NCBI GenBank assembly: GCA_964187785.1
Contig: OZ076414.1
Span: 30,690,001-30,754,000 of the forward strand
Length of the DNA stretch: 64,000 bases
Origin: Amphiscolops sp. MND2022
Taxonomy: Eukaryota
Direction: 5' to 3'
In this document: positions 24,654-35,886 of the stretch, piece after piece
Layout of the letters: every line of letters begins with the position of its first letter
How positions within the stretch are numbered: position 1 is the stretch's first letter
Program-made: the position numbers and the translations under genes
The notes under the pieces: model-generated
Database searches by the model: none
Seen by the model: only the letters and a program-made list of their open reading frames with translations
What the model was told of the DNA's origin: nothing

Positions 24654-25925
24654 AAAAATCAATGAACAAATTTTTCCAGTGGAAAACTTTGTCATGAAGC
24701 AAAAATTCACTAACCTCGTTGCTGTGGATGGTAATAGAGAAAATTTGTATCGAGAGATTCCTTGTAGCAAAAATTTTTTGGAATGAATTACAGCAACGCT
24801 GGCTTAAAAGTGTAACATGTGCAATTCAATTCATTTTTGCAGTGAAGTGTGCAATGCAGACAAATTGACATTTCACACTCGAGAAACATGAAAGAAACAT
24901 CAAAGCAAATTTGCCAGAATTCGTGCCAGCATGGCAAAAATTTTGGCAAAAATATTTTTGCTGGCCAAAAATTTTGGCAAAAAATTTTCTCAGTGACAAA
25001 CTTTTTGGCAAAAACTTTTATCGCTAACAATTTTTTAGCTCCTTTTTGCAACCATGAAGTTGTTCTAGTTCTTGTGAATTATACCTAATCTTAATACATG
25101 GGAAAAGATAGTTTGCCTAATATCTCAACAGGAAATAGTTTTAGACAAAATTCACAGAAATAAAAGTTGAAGATAATTAAAAGTTACACAAATTTTGTTA
25201 CTGAACGTTTTCTCTAAAATCAACCCACTAATTACCACCTATCAAAACAGGTGTAAAAAATTGGTTTTTCTCATTTTTCTCAAAAGTGGTTGGAGTAAGA
25301 CTAGTAACACTTGTAAATTAGGTCCACTTCCATATACGATCTTTCTGATGGTATACTCAGCTCGTATGTGACCCGAACAGGTGTTGAGATCAGGGTTGAC
25401 CTTGAAACTTGCAAGATCAAAGGAACTGGCTCAACCGTTAGTTTTAGCATAATGACTCATAGGAACAAAAATGTAGGGCGTCAGAAAACAAGTCTCCCCA
25501 CCAAATTTCAGCTCGTTACTGAAAACCCACTGATTACCGCCTACCCCAACAGGTGTGAAAATTGGTTTTTTTTTCATTTTCCTCGAAACTGAGTTATCCT
25601 ACAATACCGACGCAGGAAATCAAAGTTATAGACAATAACAAGACAAACTTTTTTTCTGGAAGAAAGTTTTCTGTATCTTGGACCCACTGATTACCAGGTG
25701 AGAAAACAGGTGTGAAAATTGGGTTTTTCTCATTTTACTCGAGACTGGTTGGTCCTACCGTGAAAAGTCAGTAACTAAAATTGGAGACATCCAAAATATG
25801 AACAACTTTTGTTACTAACAAATTTTTTCATCTTGAACCCACAGGTGAGAAAAATAAAAAAAATTCCATTTTTTTAAAAAAAGACATATTGAAAAATTTT
25901 AATTAAACTATTTTTTCTTTAATAA

Positions 25926-28900
25926 ATGGAAATGGAGAATTGTAGTATCTGTAATTCTGAATATAAAAAAGCTTTCAAGTCTGATCATCTGAAATCAGTA
26001 AAACATCTTAAAAAATTAGATCAATATTATTGTAAAAAATGTAATATATATGCCTATCTCAGATAAAATTTCTCATTTAAGTTCAGATGAACATAAAAAT
26101 AAAACCCAACAACGACGTGTTTGGTGTGAAGATTGTAGTAAATATATATCTGATACAACAAAACATTTCCAAAGTGAAATTCATTTACAAAACCGTCAAC
26201 GGGAAAACATGCAAAATTTCAGTAATGGAGTAGAAATAATTATGAATGAAAATACATACATTAAACTTAAAATAAATCCAACTAGTAATCTCGAAGATCA
26301 TATAAATGAATTACTTAGTAAAAATTATTTTCCCCGATATAAATATCAATTGAGTTATCTAGCTAAATTTTCAAAAATAGTTAATGGAGAAGAAGAAGTA
26401 TTTAAAAGATGGACAAAATCAGATCTAACGTATAACAACACACAACAAGATATTCATAACACATTAATGCAGAAATTAGATGATGAACAATTAGAAGGAT
26501 CAGGTTTTGTGTTTCAAGAAATAGAAGAAGTTATTTTAGAAATATATAAAGTTAATGATATTCAAGCTTCATCATATATTGAATTACCAGGAAAATATAA
26601 GGATAATAAATCAATCATAAATATAAAGAATAATGATCAATATTGTTTTTTATGGTGTATTTTAGCCCAGTTATATCCAGTTGAGAATCATAAAGATAGA
26701 ATATCAAAATATATTATTCATTTAAATAAACTCAACCTGAAAGGATTAGAGTTCCCTATGAAAGTTAAAGATATTACCAAGTTCGAAAACCTAAATAATT
26801 TAAACATAAATGTATTTGAAATCACTGGAAATGTTTTAACACCAATCCACGTTAACAAAAATTACTTACAACCACAAATAGATTTATTATTGTATGAAAA
26901 TCACTATTGTCTAATAACAAAGTTGCATTGTTTAATAAATAAAGATTCACACGTGAAACATGTATGTAGAAGATGTTTAACAGCATTTAGTTCACAACCA
27001 GTTCTAATTGATCATATGGAAAGATGTATAAAACAACAACCAACTAAAATCACATTCAGTTGGAAGGATCAGTTAAAGTTCGAAGATTATCATATGAAAG
27101 TCCCTGTACCAATAAGAGTATATGCAGATTTTGAATGTATTAATCAACCTCAAAATACCCCCAACGTGCTATTCAAACAAATTCCAATTGCAGTAGGATA
27201 TTATGTAATTTCACCATTCGGAAATTATTACTATTCATACTTTGGAATAGATTGTACCAAGTGGTTTGTAAATAGAATGTTAACTTTAGAAAAAATTGCA
27301 TCAAAATCTTTTAAAACAAATTTAGAATTAGAAATGAGTCAAGAAGAAGAAGTACATTTTGAACAAGCAGAAGAGTGTTGGCTTTGTGAAAATCCACTCG
27401 GTGGTGAAAAAGTTAGAGATCATGATCATCTAACAGGAAAATACAGAGGAGCAGCTCATAATATATGTAACATAAATTGTAAACAAAGGTCATCAAGTTT
27501 TCTTCCTATATTTTTCCACAACTTTTCTGGGTATGATTGCCATCTTATATTTGAAGAACTTTTAACCGAAGCATACAATCAAAATTATAATCCAACGATA
27601 ATTCCAAAATCACTGAAAAATTATGTTAGTGTACAAGTAGGTTGTTTGAGATTCTTAGATTCATACCGATTTCTTTCTTCCAGTTTAGATAAATTAGTTA
27701 AGAGTTTAGACAATTTTCCTATCATGAAATTGGAAGGAATGAGTGTTGATTTATTCAAAAAGAAATTAGCTTATCCATATGAATACTTAAATCTTGATAA
27801 CTTTCAGGAACCATTAAAATTAACTAAAGAAGATTATTGGTCAACATTAACACAATCTTATCCATCATATGATGATATAAAAAGAACCCAAGAATTAATT
27901 GATAAAAACAAAATTAAAAATGGAAGAGAATTAACAATGTTATATTTGAAAATGGACGTTCTACAATTAGCTGATGTAATATATGTAACATAAATTGTAA
28001 ACAAAGGTCATCAAGTTTTCTTCCTATATTTTTCCACAACTTTTCTGGGTATGATTGCCATCTTATATTTGAAGAACTTTTAACCGAAGCATACAATCAA
28101 AATTATAATCCAACGATAATTCCAAAATCACTGGAAAATTATGTTAGTGTACAAGTAGGTTGTTTGAGATTCTTAGATTCATACCGATTTCTTTCTTCCA
28201 GTTTAGATCAATTAGTTAAGAGTTTAGACAATTTTCCTATCATGAAATTGGAAGGAATGAGTGATGATTTATTCAAAAAGAAATTAGCTTATCCATATGA
28301 ATACTTAAATCTTGATAACTTTCAGGAACCATTAAAATTAACTAAAGAAGATTATTGGTCAACATTAACACAATCTTATCCATCATATGATGATATAAAA
28401 AGAACCCAAGAATTAATTGATAAAAACAAAATTAAAAATGGAAGAGAATTAACAATGTTATATTTGAAAATGGACGTTCTACAATTAGCTGATGTATTTG
28501 AAAACTTTGTGGAAAGTTCTACACGAGAATATAAAATTAATCCTTTGTACTCTTATAGTCTACCTGGTTATACATGGAAAGCAGGATTGAAGTTGACTAA
28601 TATAAAGTTAGACTTTATAAAAGATACAGCGAAGCTGCCCTCCGGTAAAGAATTATTACTACCACTTGAAAATAATATCCGTGGAGGAATTTCAAGTGTA
28701 ATGGGAGATCGTCACGTGCAATCTGATGAAAATAAACAAATCTTATATATCGATGCAAATAATCTATATGGATGGGCAATGAGTCAATACGTTCCTACTG
28801 GTGAATTCGAAATATTACCTCTTAATCCGTGTAATTACATTCTAGAGCAATTAGTAGAAGATTTAATACAAATACCTGATGATAATGAATATGGATTCTT

Positions 28901-30197
28901 TATAGAATGTGATTTAGAATATCCTGTTGAAATTAAAGAAAAAACAAAAAACTTTCCTTTTTGTCCGTATCAAACAAAAGCAGATCCAAACTTATTCTCA
29001 TGTTATATGAATAATGTGAATCAACCTAATTACAAACCAACCCCAAAACTTATGTGTGATGTAACCAATAAATCGAAATATATGATACATTATAGGATGT
29101 TTAAGTTTTATCTTAACCAAGGGATGAAAGTAACGAAGATACATACAACCTACCGGTTCAAGCAAAGTGCATGGTTAGGTAAATATATCGATCATAATAC
29201 TCAGAAACGCACAGTAGCGAAAACAAACTTTGAAAAGGATCTTTATTAATTAATGAACAATGCTATCTTCGGCAAGACAATGGAAAATGTAAGAGATAGA
29301 ACCAATCTAGAATTCATTGATCATTCTCAAATAGATCAAATAATAAAAAGACAATCCAAGTTAAGTTTCAAAGGAATCATGGATCATTATTCTAAGTTTA
29401 GTGTGTACAAGTTTGATAAAGAAAAAACAGTCTTTGATAAACCAATTTATTTAGGTTTTACAGTTTTAGAACTATCAAAACTATTAATGTATGACTTTTA
29501 TTATAACAAATTACAACCATATTGGAAACAATCCATACAACTACACTACATGGATACTGATAGTTTTATTCTTAGTTTTGATACAAGCCACCAAGAACTA
29601 ATAAACTTTTTACAAGAAAACAAAGATGAATTTGATTTCAGTGAATTAGATAAATCTCATGAATTATATAGTCCTATTAACAAGAAAGTTATAGGAAAAA
29701 TGAAAATTGAAACAAGTCCAGTTTTGGTGTTAGATACATTCACAGCATTGCGATCAAAGTCATATTCTTTTAGTTACAATAGTATCATTCAAAAAGCGAA
29801 ACAAAAAGGAATACAAAAAGCTCCCAAATGTGAACACTACAAAAATTCATTGTTTAATTCAGAAACATCAAGTTCTACAAATATATCAATTAGATCTAAT
29901 TTACACAACCTTACAGTTGAAAAACAAAACAAACTAGCTTTGAATCCTTTTGACGATAAACGAATGTATATAAATCCAATAGAAAGTTTACCATGGGATA
30001 AACACACCCAGAAAGGTGATTGTCCTTGTATATATTGTTTGAAATTAATTGGTTTGTATTATAAAGATTTAACTATAAATGATAACAATACCAAGAAAAC
30101 AGATGAAGAAATATATTGGAGTGTTTGGTATTGGAAACAAGCACTCACCCATCAACAACTTCTGAAGTTGATAAGTGATCGAGCACATGTTTTATAA
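25926..30197 (+). pseudogene. Protein-primed family B DNA polymerase (pPolB), disrupted
   Basis: Three N-terminal CxxC...HxxxxxH zinc fingers; vOTU-like D..CFLW and NHYCL motifs; EndoVII-like CWLC...RDHDH.TG.YRG.AH..CN; exonuclease motifs; YIDANNLYGWAM, [K]LMNNAIFGK, YMDTDS. Lesions: 2-bp loss near 26045, 518-bp tandem duplication, TAA at 29247-29249. Confidence 0.95.
27461..28496 (+). repeat. 518-bp tandem duplication inside pPolB
   Basis: 27461-27978 vs 27979-28496; three substitutions seen (K/E, K/Q, V/D codons); TA microhomology at the junction. Confidence 0.95.
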
Positions 30198-30324
30198 AAA
30201 TAAATATATCATTTTATAAATTTATTTATAATTATTATCATTTTATAAAAATAAATATATTGTTTTATAAATTTTTTTATCATATCAGCAAAGCTGTATT
30301 ATTATATATTTAAATTATATTTGT

Positions 30325-31554
30325 TCATAATAAATCAAAATGCCTTTGTCCATCACTACTGATACTTATCAGCTTGGGTGTTAGGACTAGGGCATAAGCT
30401 ATATAGTCTGCTACATCAATGGCAGCATTAAATTTAAATTCTAATCTAATAGGTTGACTCGCAATATTATCTTTTTGTTTGGATAAGTCAAATACATAAA
30501 AATTATAATTTGTTCTGAATTTATGCAAATCAATAAATGGATTGAGTAAGTTAGTTTCACTTTTTAACAAATAGAAGTTTTCAATTTCACACTATGCTTG
30601 ATCATATTTATCTCTATCATAATCACATTCTATTACATCATCTGGATATTTTTCTGATCCTATTTTACAAACTGCATTTGAAACAGGTAAACGATCAAAT
30701 ATTGCATTATCATGTGTTTGTGAATCAATTTTATTTCTAGCTTGAAAGCCAACAATTACAAAAGTTGGTGTTGATTCGCCACTATTACCTAATTCAAATG
30801 TCCAATTATTATTCGTGTTAACATCTTTTCTAAATACAATCCGTTCCATGTAATATATTTCAGTTGGATCTTTGTCTAATATTTGATCCATCACGAGATG
30901 TTGGTTTTCCATTGATGGTATGTAGTGTGGAATGTACCAGGAGATGTCTTTTATATTTATTTTTGCAGCATCCACACCATTGTCTCTGATAATAGGATCA
31001 TTATTATTATTACGTTTTAACGTGAGACTGTAACCCAATCCATAAGTTATTTTTTCTTGATCAGCAAATCCAAACAAGTCTTTCAGTTTTATTCCAACAA
31101 AAAAGGTTCCTTTTTCTGTTTTATTGTTTGTTAGTTCTTGTCTTCTAGTTGCTTGTGATTCTTCAAATCCGTACATCAATTGACTTGTTTGTTGATTGGA
31201 TGTTAAAAGTTTATACATCAATGTAATTGGGTGTAGATTATCAACTTTTTCTAAATGCTTGCCCGAACTAGTAGTTAACTTAGCTTCACTAAATAAAGCA
31301 ACGGGTCCAAAATTAACTAAACTTATTTGATCACCATCTGCATATCTTGTATCATCATTTTTAAGAACTTCAAATTCTAATGATATGTATGAGTTTTGTA
31401 AACAAATATATGCATCTTCTCTTGGGAAGATGATGGAAATATTTGAATTATTATTGTTGATTGTAGCTAAACTACTAGGTGAGTATTTAATAAAATCAAT
31501 TTTATGAATAGGTTTATCCATAGCATATTTATTTTTCAATGAGAATAATTCCAT
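30325..31554 (-). pseudogene. Polinton major capsid protein (double jelly-roll, PY/hexon) with one in-frame stop
   Basis: SYISLEFEV...YADGDQISLVN...LFSE and FDLSKQ...LEFKF...YALV...SSDG patterns resemble Polinton MCP; ORFs 31554-30592 and 30570-30325 are in frame across TAG at 30594-30592. Confidence 0.85.
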
Positions 31555-31622
31555 TTATAAAAGAATAAGTATTCATGATGATGATTTAAAATTTATATTT
31601 ATATTATTTTTACTAAATAAAT

Positions 31623-32143
31623 TTATTCTAAAAAAGTAAACTCAGAATTTAGTTTAGTTTTATTGTTTTTATACACATCGTAAGTTTGTTTTAATTTGTT
31701 GTATTCATTCAGATCAATTTTATTGTCTTCTAAACATTTTGAATGTAGTTTTTGGTAGTCATGTAGTGTTCTAACAGCAAGAGTATTTTTTTAATATTGT
31801 GTTGTTCTTTTCTTTTCAGGTACTCTCCAGCAATTTTACTGATTATACATAAACCTGCACCTATACCACTTGCTTTAGGTACAACAACAAGTCCAACTCC
31901 TGTGACACTCAACGTGACACATGTTGATGATACTGCTAGTACTGAAACTCCATCAATAGATTGAATCAAACAATTTATAAGCTTGTATTGTTTACTTTTC
32001 TTTTTATATTTTTTAGCTTCATGATTATAAAAATTTTGAATATCTTTTATATTTTGAATTGAATTATTGAAACTATTTATTTCTTTCAATCGCATATCAA
32101 GATTATCTGATTCACGTAAACAAGGATACAATTTGGCACTCAT
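31623..32143 (-). pseudogene. Small Polinton protein with central hydrophobic Gly-rich segment, frameshifted
   Basis: MSAKLYP...coiled region...LSVTGVGLVVVP..SGIGAGLC; after a -1 shift near 31790 continues TLAVRTLHDYQKLHSKCLEDNKIDLNEY...*. Confidence 0.6.
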
Positions 32144-32167
32144 TTAATTTTAAATAAAAACTTAATT

Positions 32168-32878
32168 TTAGTTTTCAAAAAGTATGAAATTTATCTCAGT
32201 ATCGGTTAGTTTCATTCTATATTTAAGGTCAACTATATCTTTGTATTCATCTTTCTTTAAGCACTTCACGATATCTTCTCGCGTTGAATAGTCTAAATCA
32301 GATAAATAATACACACCATCTGATGTCTTTATTTCTGTTCCGTATTTTTCCAACAAGTATTCATCACTAAAATATAAGTACTCATTAAAGATTTGGTCTT
32401 TTTTTTCAAATGAGTCAAACAATCCTTTGTTGTATAGTAATTGAATAGTATCTTTGACTGCTTGATTTTTACATTTTTCCAAATCTGAAATAAGGTTTCT
32501 CTCAAAATGATTACGTAAAATGGTTTGTTGTTCTTCCACTAACTTGGCAGCATCCAAAATTATTTCTTTTTTCTTTTCTAAAAATTTATTTTTAATATCT
32601 TGTTCTAAATACTTTAAATTTATTTTTATATCTTCTATACTCTTGTTAATGTCTAAGAAAAACTTTGCATTGACTACGATTTGTGTTTCACCGTTGTCAA
32701 ATATAATTTCTTGTAGGTTACCGAAGGTGCTTTGCATATCAAAATTTTCTAAAGTATTAGACAAATCATTAAGTTTCAAGTTAATTAATTTGGTTTGTGA
32801 TTCCAATTCTTTTTCTAAATTCTCAATCTTGTCTTTTTGTAAGCTTTCGGCACTATAACCAAATTTATGAATTGACAT
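32168..32878 (-). CDS. Polinton hypothetical coiled-coil protein, 236 aa
   Basis: Intact ATG-to-stop ORF between the integrase and the hydrophobic ORF; no catalytic motif recognised. Confidence 0.7.
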   Translation of the reverse strand: MSIHKFGYSAESLQKDKIENLEKELESQTKLINLKLNDLSNTLENFDMQSTFGNLQEIIFDNGETQIVVNAKFFLDINKSIEDIKINLKYLEQDIKNKFLEKKKEIILDAAKLVEEQQTILRNHFERNLISDLEKCKNQAVKDTIQLLYNKGLFDSFEKKDQIFNEYLYFSDEYLLEKYGTEIKTSDGVYYLSDLDYSTREDIVKCLKKDEYKDIVDLKYRMKLTDTEINFILFEN

Positions 32879-32895
32879 TATTTATATAAATATAT

Positions 32896-33768
32896 TTACT
32901 CATTTTGATGGAAAATATTCATACTTTCTAACGTTTTGTTGTTAGATTCAAAGTTGAATATACTTCTTAAAAGTTCTTGTTCATAATATTTTCCTTCTAT
33001 TTGTTCGTTGTTTTCATCTACTAAACCATACGTAACTGGATTTGTATTGTTAATTTTATGTATTTTAAAAAGTTCTCTGTTCCAATTTGTTGTATAACCT
33101 TTACTATATAAATTGCGTTTATCAGGAACTCTTACATAGTCTCCCACTTGAAATTTGGGTTGTTTGTTTTTAAAATTATTACGCAGAGCGCCTTCGGTAT
33201 TGTTAGGTATTAGTTTTTGATTAGTTGACATTTCAAAAGGTGTCATCTTAGTAGTTCCATGCACACGATTATTATATTTTTCCATAGCAGTATCTAGATG
33301 ATTCAACCAACAAGCTTCACCTTCAATATACATTGGTTTTTTTATTAGATTTAATAATGTTCTATTGAAGCGTTCAACAAAAACAGCTTTTAAATCTGAA
33401 TTAGTTGAATAAATTTGAATTTCATTTTGTTTAAGAAAATCCAAAAATGTTTTACTATAAAACTCTTTACCTCTATCTGACCAAATTTTAGCAGGTTTTC
33501 TTTTTGCTTTTTCGATAAGACTTTTTAATGCAGTTGTTGTACTTTTTCCTGACTTATCTTTAAGAGGAATGGCCCATGCATACTTAGTATGATTGTCAAT
33601 TATTGTGAAAATGAACTTGTAGTTTTTGTTATATTTTGATAAGCTAGACCTGTCTATCAGATCGATACTCCAACACTCATCTTTATAGTGAGTTTGTATT
33701 TGAATTCTTTGAAACTTCTTGATTACAGGAGAGAATATTTCTTTAACAATTTCTTTCTTTTCATTCAT
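32896..33768 (-). CDS. Polinton retroviral-like (rve) DDE integrase, intact
   Basis: WSIDLID, IWSDRGKEF, VERFNRTL (D,D,E); C-terminal KFQVGDYVRV...EGKYYEQEL; no N-terminal HHCC. Confidence 0.95.
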   Translation of the reverse strand: MNEKKEIVKEIFSPVIKKFQRIQIQTHYKDECWSIDLIDRSSLSKYNKNYKFIFTIIDNHTKYAWAIPLKDKSGKSTTTALKSLIEKAKRKPAKIWSDRGKEFYSKTFLDFLKQNEIQIYSTNSDLKAVFVERFNRTLLNLIKKPMYIEGEACWLNHLDTAMEKYNNRVHGTTKMTPFEMSTNQKLIPNNTEGALRNNFKNKQPKFQVGDYVRVPDKRNLYSKGYTTNWNRELFKIHKINNTNPVTYGLVDENNEQIEGKYYEQELLRSIFNFESNNKTLESMNIFHQNE

Positions 33769-33782
33769 TTATTTCCTGATAA

Positions 33783-34790
33783 ATGAATAAAAAATTATAT
33801 ATAGGTTTATTATGTGTAATTTTTATTATAATTTTGTGGGTGTATTGGTATTATATTAAACCTAATTATTATAAAAAATTATACCAAAAACTAAAACAAT
33901 TCAAGGGATTTAAATATTCGCATTTAACTAACAAAGAAGAAGAACAAGAACTTACTCCACCAAACACAAGTACAAATAGTCACTTTTTGGTGTATGGTAC
34001 TAGTGGATCAGGTAAGACTAGTTTCCTTAAGTATTATTTAGATCAAACTAAAACAAATTTTATAGTATTCGGTAGAGATGAGACTGAGTTTAAAGATAAT
34101 TATATACCTTTGTTACAGTTAGAAAATATTGAAATAGAGAAACTTGCTAATAGAACTATAATTTTAGATGATGCAGGAGCATTCAAACAACTCAGAACTA
34201 AAGTAGAAGACTTATTTCGGTTTGGTAGACACAATAATATACAAGTTATATACCTTGCTCACTATGCAAAGGATGTTCTCCCAATAGTGAGAGAGAATTG
34301 TTTTAAATTATATATCACTATAAATAATCCAGATAGTTTCTTTGAAACCATAATACAAACTTATTCAATTAAAGTATTAAGGTGGAAACAATATCGTAGT
34401 CAGTTAGAATTTGGTGTAATTGAATTTGATACTAGATCACAAAAGTATAAAATACTCAATCAAAAGTACCAACTAATCTACGATACAACTAAACATAAAT
34501 GGAGTCCTGAAGATTATGTAAAATATGAAAGTTATTTCTTTACAGGTGAAGAATATAATAAACTTAAAATATTCCTAGAAGATATGTCAGATCAAACAAT
34601 TGAAATAACACCTTTTAATGTAGCTTATTATTATGTATATTATTGTAAACAAAATAAAATAAAAGTGAATGAATCTAAAATAGACAACTACGTTGAACGC
34701 ATGCAACAACCACTAATTTCAGATCAACTTAAAGAGGAATTTAAGAAAATTATAATTGATCAAGCAATCAGGTTTAGTAAAAGTAATTAA
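33783..34790 (+). CDS. Packaging-type (A32/FtsK-like) ATPase 1 with N-terminal hydrophobic helix, intact
   Basis: Walker A GTSGSGKTS, Walker B IILDD, GRHNNI...YLAH motif; N-terminus IGLLCVIFIIILWVYWYY. Confidence 0.88.
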   Translation: MNKKLYIGLLCVIFIIILWVYWYYIKPNYYKKLYQKLKQFKGFKYSHLTNKEEEQELTPPNTSTNSHFLVYGTSGSGKTSFLKYYLDQTKTNFIVFGRDETEFKDNYIPLLQLENIEIEKLANRTIILDDAGAFKQLRTKVEDLFRFGRHNNIQVIYLAHYAKDVLPIVRENCFKLYITINNPDSFFETIIQTYSIKVLRWKQYRSQLEFGVIEFDTRSQKYKILNQKYQLIYDTTKHKWSPEDYVKYESYFFTGEEYNKLKIFLEDMSDQTIEITPFNVAYYYVYYCKQNKIKVNESKIDNYVERMQQPLISDQLKEEFKKIIIDQAIRFSKSN

Positions 34791-34807
34791 AAAATGGGTC
34801 TGATTTC

Positions 34808-34928
34808 TTAGTAAAAATCACTAAGCAAATTCACTAAGAGCATATATTTTTCACTAAGCAAATAAGGTTACACTTAAAACATCATGCTCTTACTGAATTT
34901 GCTTAGTGATTTAGTGATTTTTTACTAA
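34808..34928. repeat. ~36-bp inverted repeat between the two ATPase genes
   Basis: TTAGTAAAAATCACTAAGCAAATTCACTAAGAGCAT (34808-34843) vs ATGCTCTTACTGAATTTGCTTAGTGAT(TTAGTGAT)TTTTTACTAA (34884-34928). Confidence 0.9.
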
Positions 34929-35007
34929 ATAAACGAAGTGTATAATTTGTGGAAAAAGTAATGAAAAATCTGTCTGCTCCGATTGTGAGAATAAAAAAAA
35001 ATGTAAA

Positions 35008-35886
35008 GTGTGTAATATACTGAAAACAGATTTTTACAAATATAGAAATGGTAAATTGTATAGTACATGTATAGAATGTTTCAATAAAAGAGTAAAATGT
35101 GAATTCTGTAATAAAGAAGTAAATAAAACCTATTTATCAAAACATTTAAAAAGATGTAATATCAATCATGATAATACAAATAATGAAATTATAAATCATA
35201 ATGAAAATCATGATAATAATAATTATACAAATAATATTATTACAAATGATGATACTGATAATAATGATAATATTATGTTCACCGGAGGCCAGCAAAGCTG
35301 TAATCGAACATTGATAGTTGATCCATCATTTTGTGGTAAGACCCATTTGTTATTAAACAAATTACAATTAATTCGTTTAGATAATCCTGAACAAAAGATA
35401 TGTGTCATTACGAGGAGTCCGGAACAATACAATAAAATTGAAATAGAAGATGTTTCAGTGGAAGAAGATTTAGGTGATAAAAGTATTCAAGATTTTCAAA
35501 ATTGTTGTGTTGTATTTGATGATATGTTAGACTCCAATCAGAAATTAATAGATCCATTTTTTACTAGGGGAAGACATAATGATCTGGATGTTTATTATTT
35601 ATCACAGTCATATTTTGATTTACCTAAAAGAACAATTAGAAACAATAGTAATATTATAATTTTATTTCAACAAACATTGAAAGATGTAGAACACATTTAT
35701 AGAGACATAGCAGGTTTTGATATGTCTAATGATGAATTCAAAAGTTTATGCAGAGAAGCATGGCGGGATAATTATAATTATTTATTAATAAATAGGTTAG
35801 AAGATAAAAATGGGAGTAAGTATATGATATGTAATGAATCCAATCTGCAATACCAGATATTTATTCCACAAACTGATCCTTTTTAG
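35008..35886 (+). CDS. Packaging-type ATPase 2 with Cys-rich N-terminus, Walker A degenerate
   Basis: LIVDPSFCGKT (first Gly appears as Asp), VVFDD, GRHNDL..YYLSQSYF...IRNN; in-frame CxxC pairs extend upstream to ~34939 without a clear ATG. Confidence 0.8.
   Translation: MCNILKTDFYKYRNGKLYSTCIECFNKRVKCEFCNKEVNKTYLSKHLKRCNINHDNTNNEIINHNENHDNNNYTNNIITNDDTDNNDNIMFTGGQQSCNRTLIVDPSFCGKTHLLLNKLQLIRLDNPEQKICVITRSPEQYNKIEIEDVSVEEDLGDKSIQDFQNCCVVFDDMLDSNQKLIDPFFTRGRHNDLDVYYLSQSYFDLPKRTIRNNSNIIILFQQTLKDVEHIYRDIAGFDMSNDEFKSLCREAWRDNYNYLLINRLEDKNGSKYMICNESNLQYQIFIPQTDPF

Noticed and set aside
25220-25850. Spaced repeats resembling a CRISPR array (also 51658-51800)
   Set aside because: Repeats are degenerate with irregular spacing, there are no cas genes, and the context is eukaryotic.
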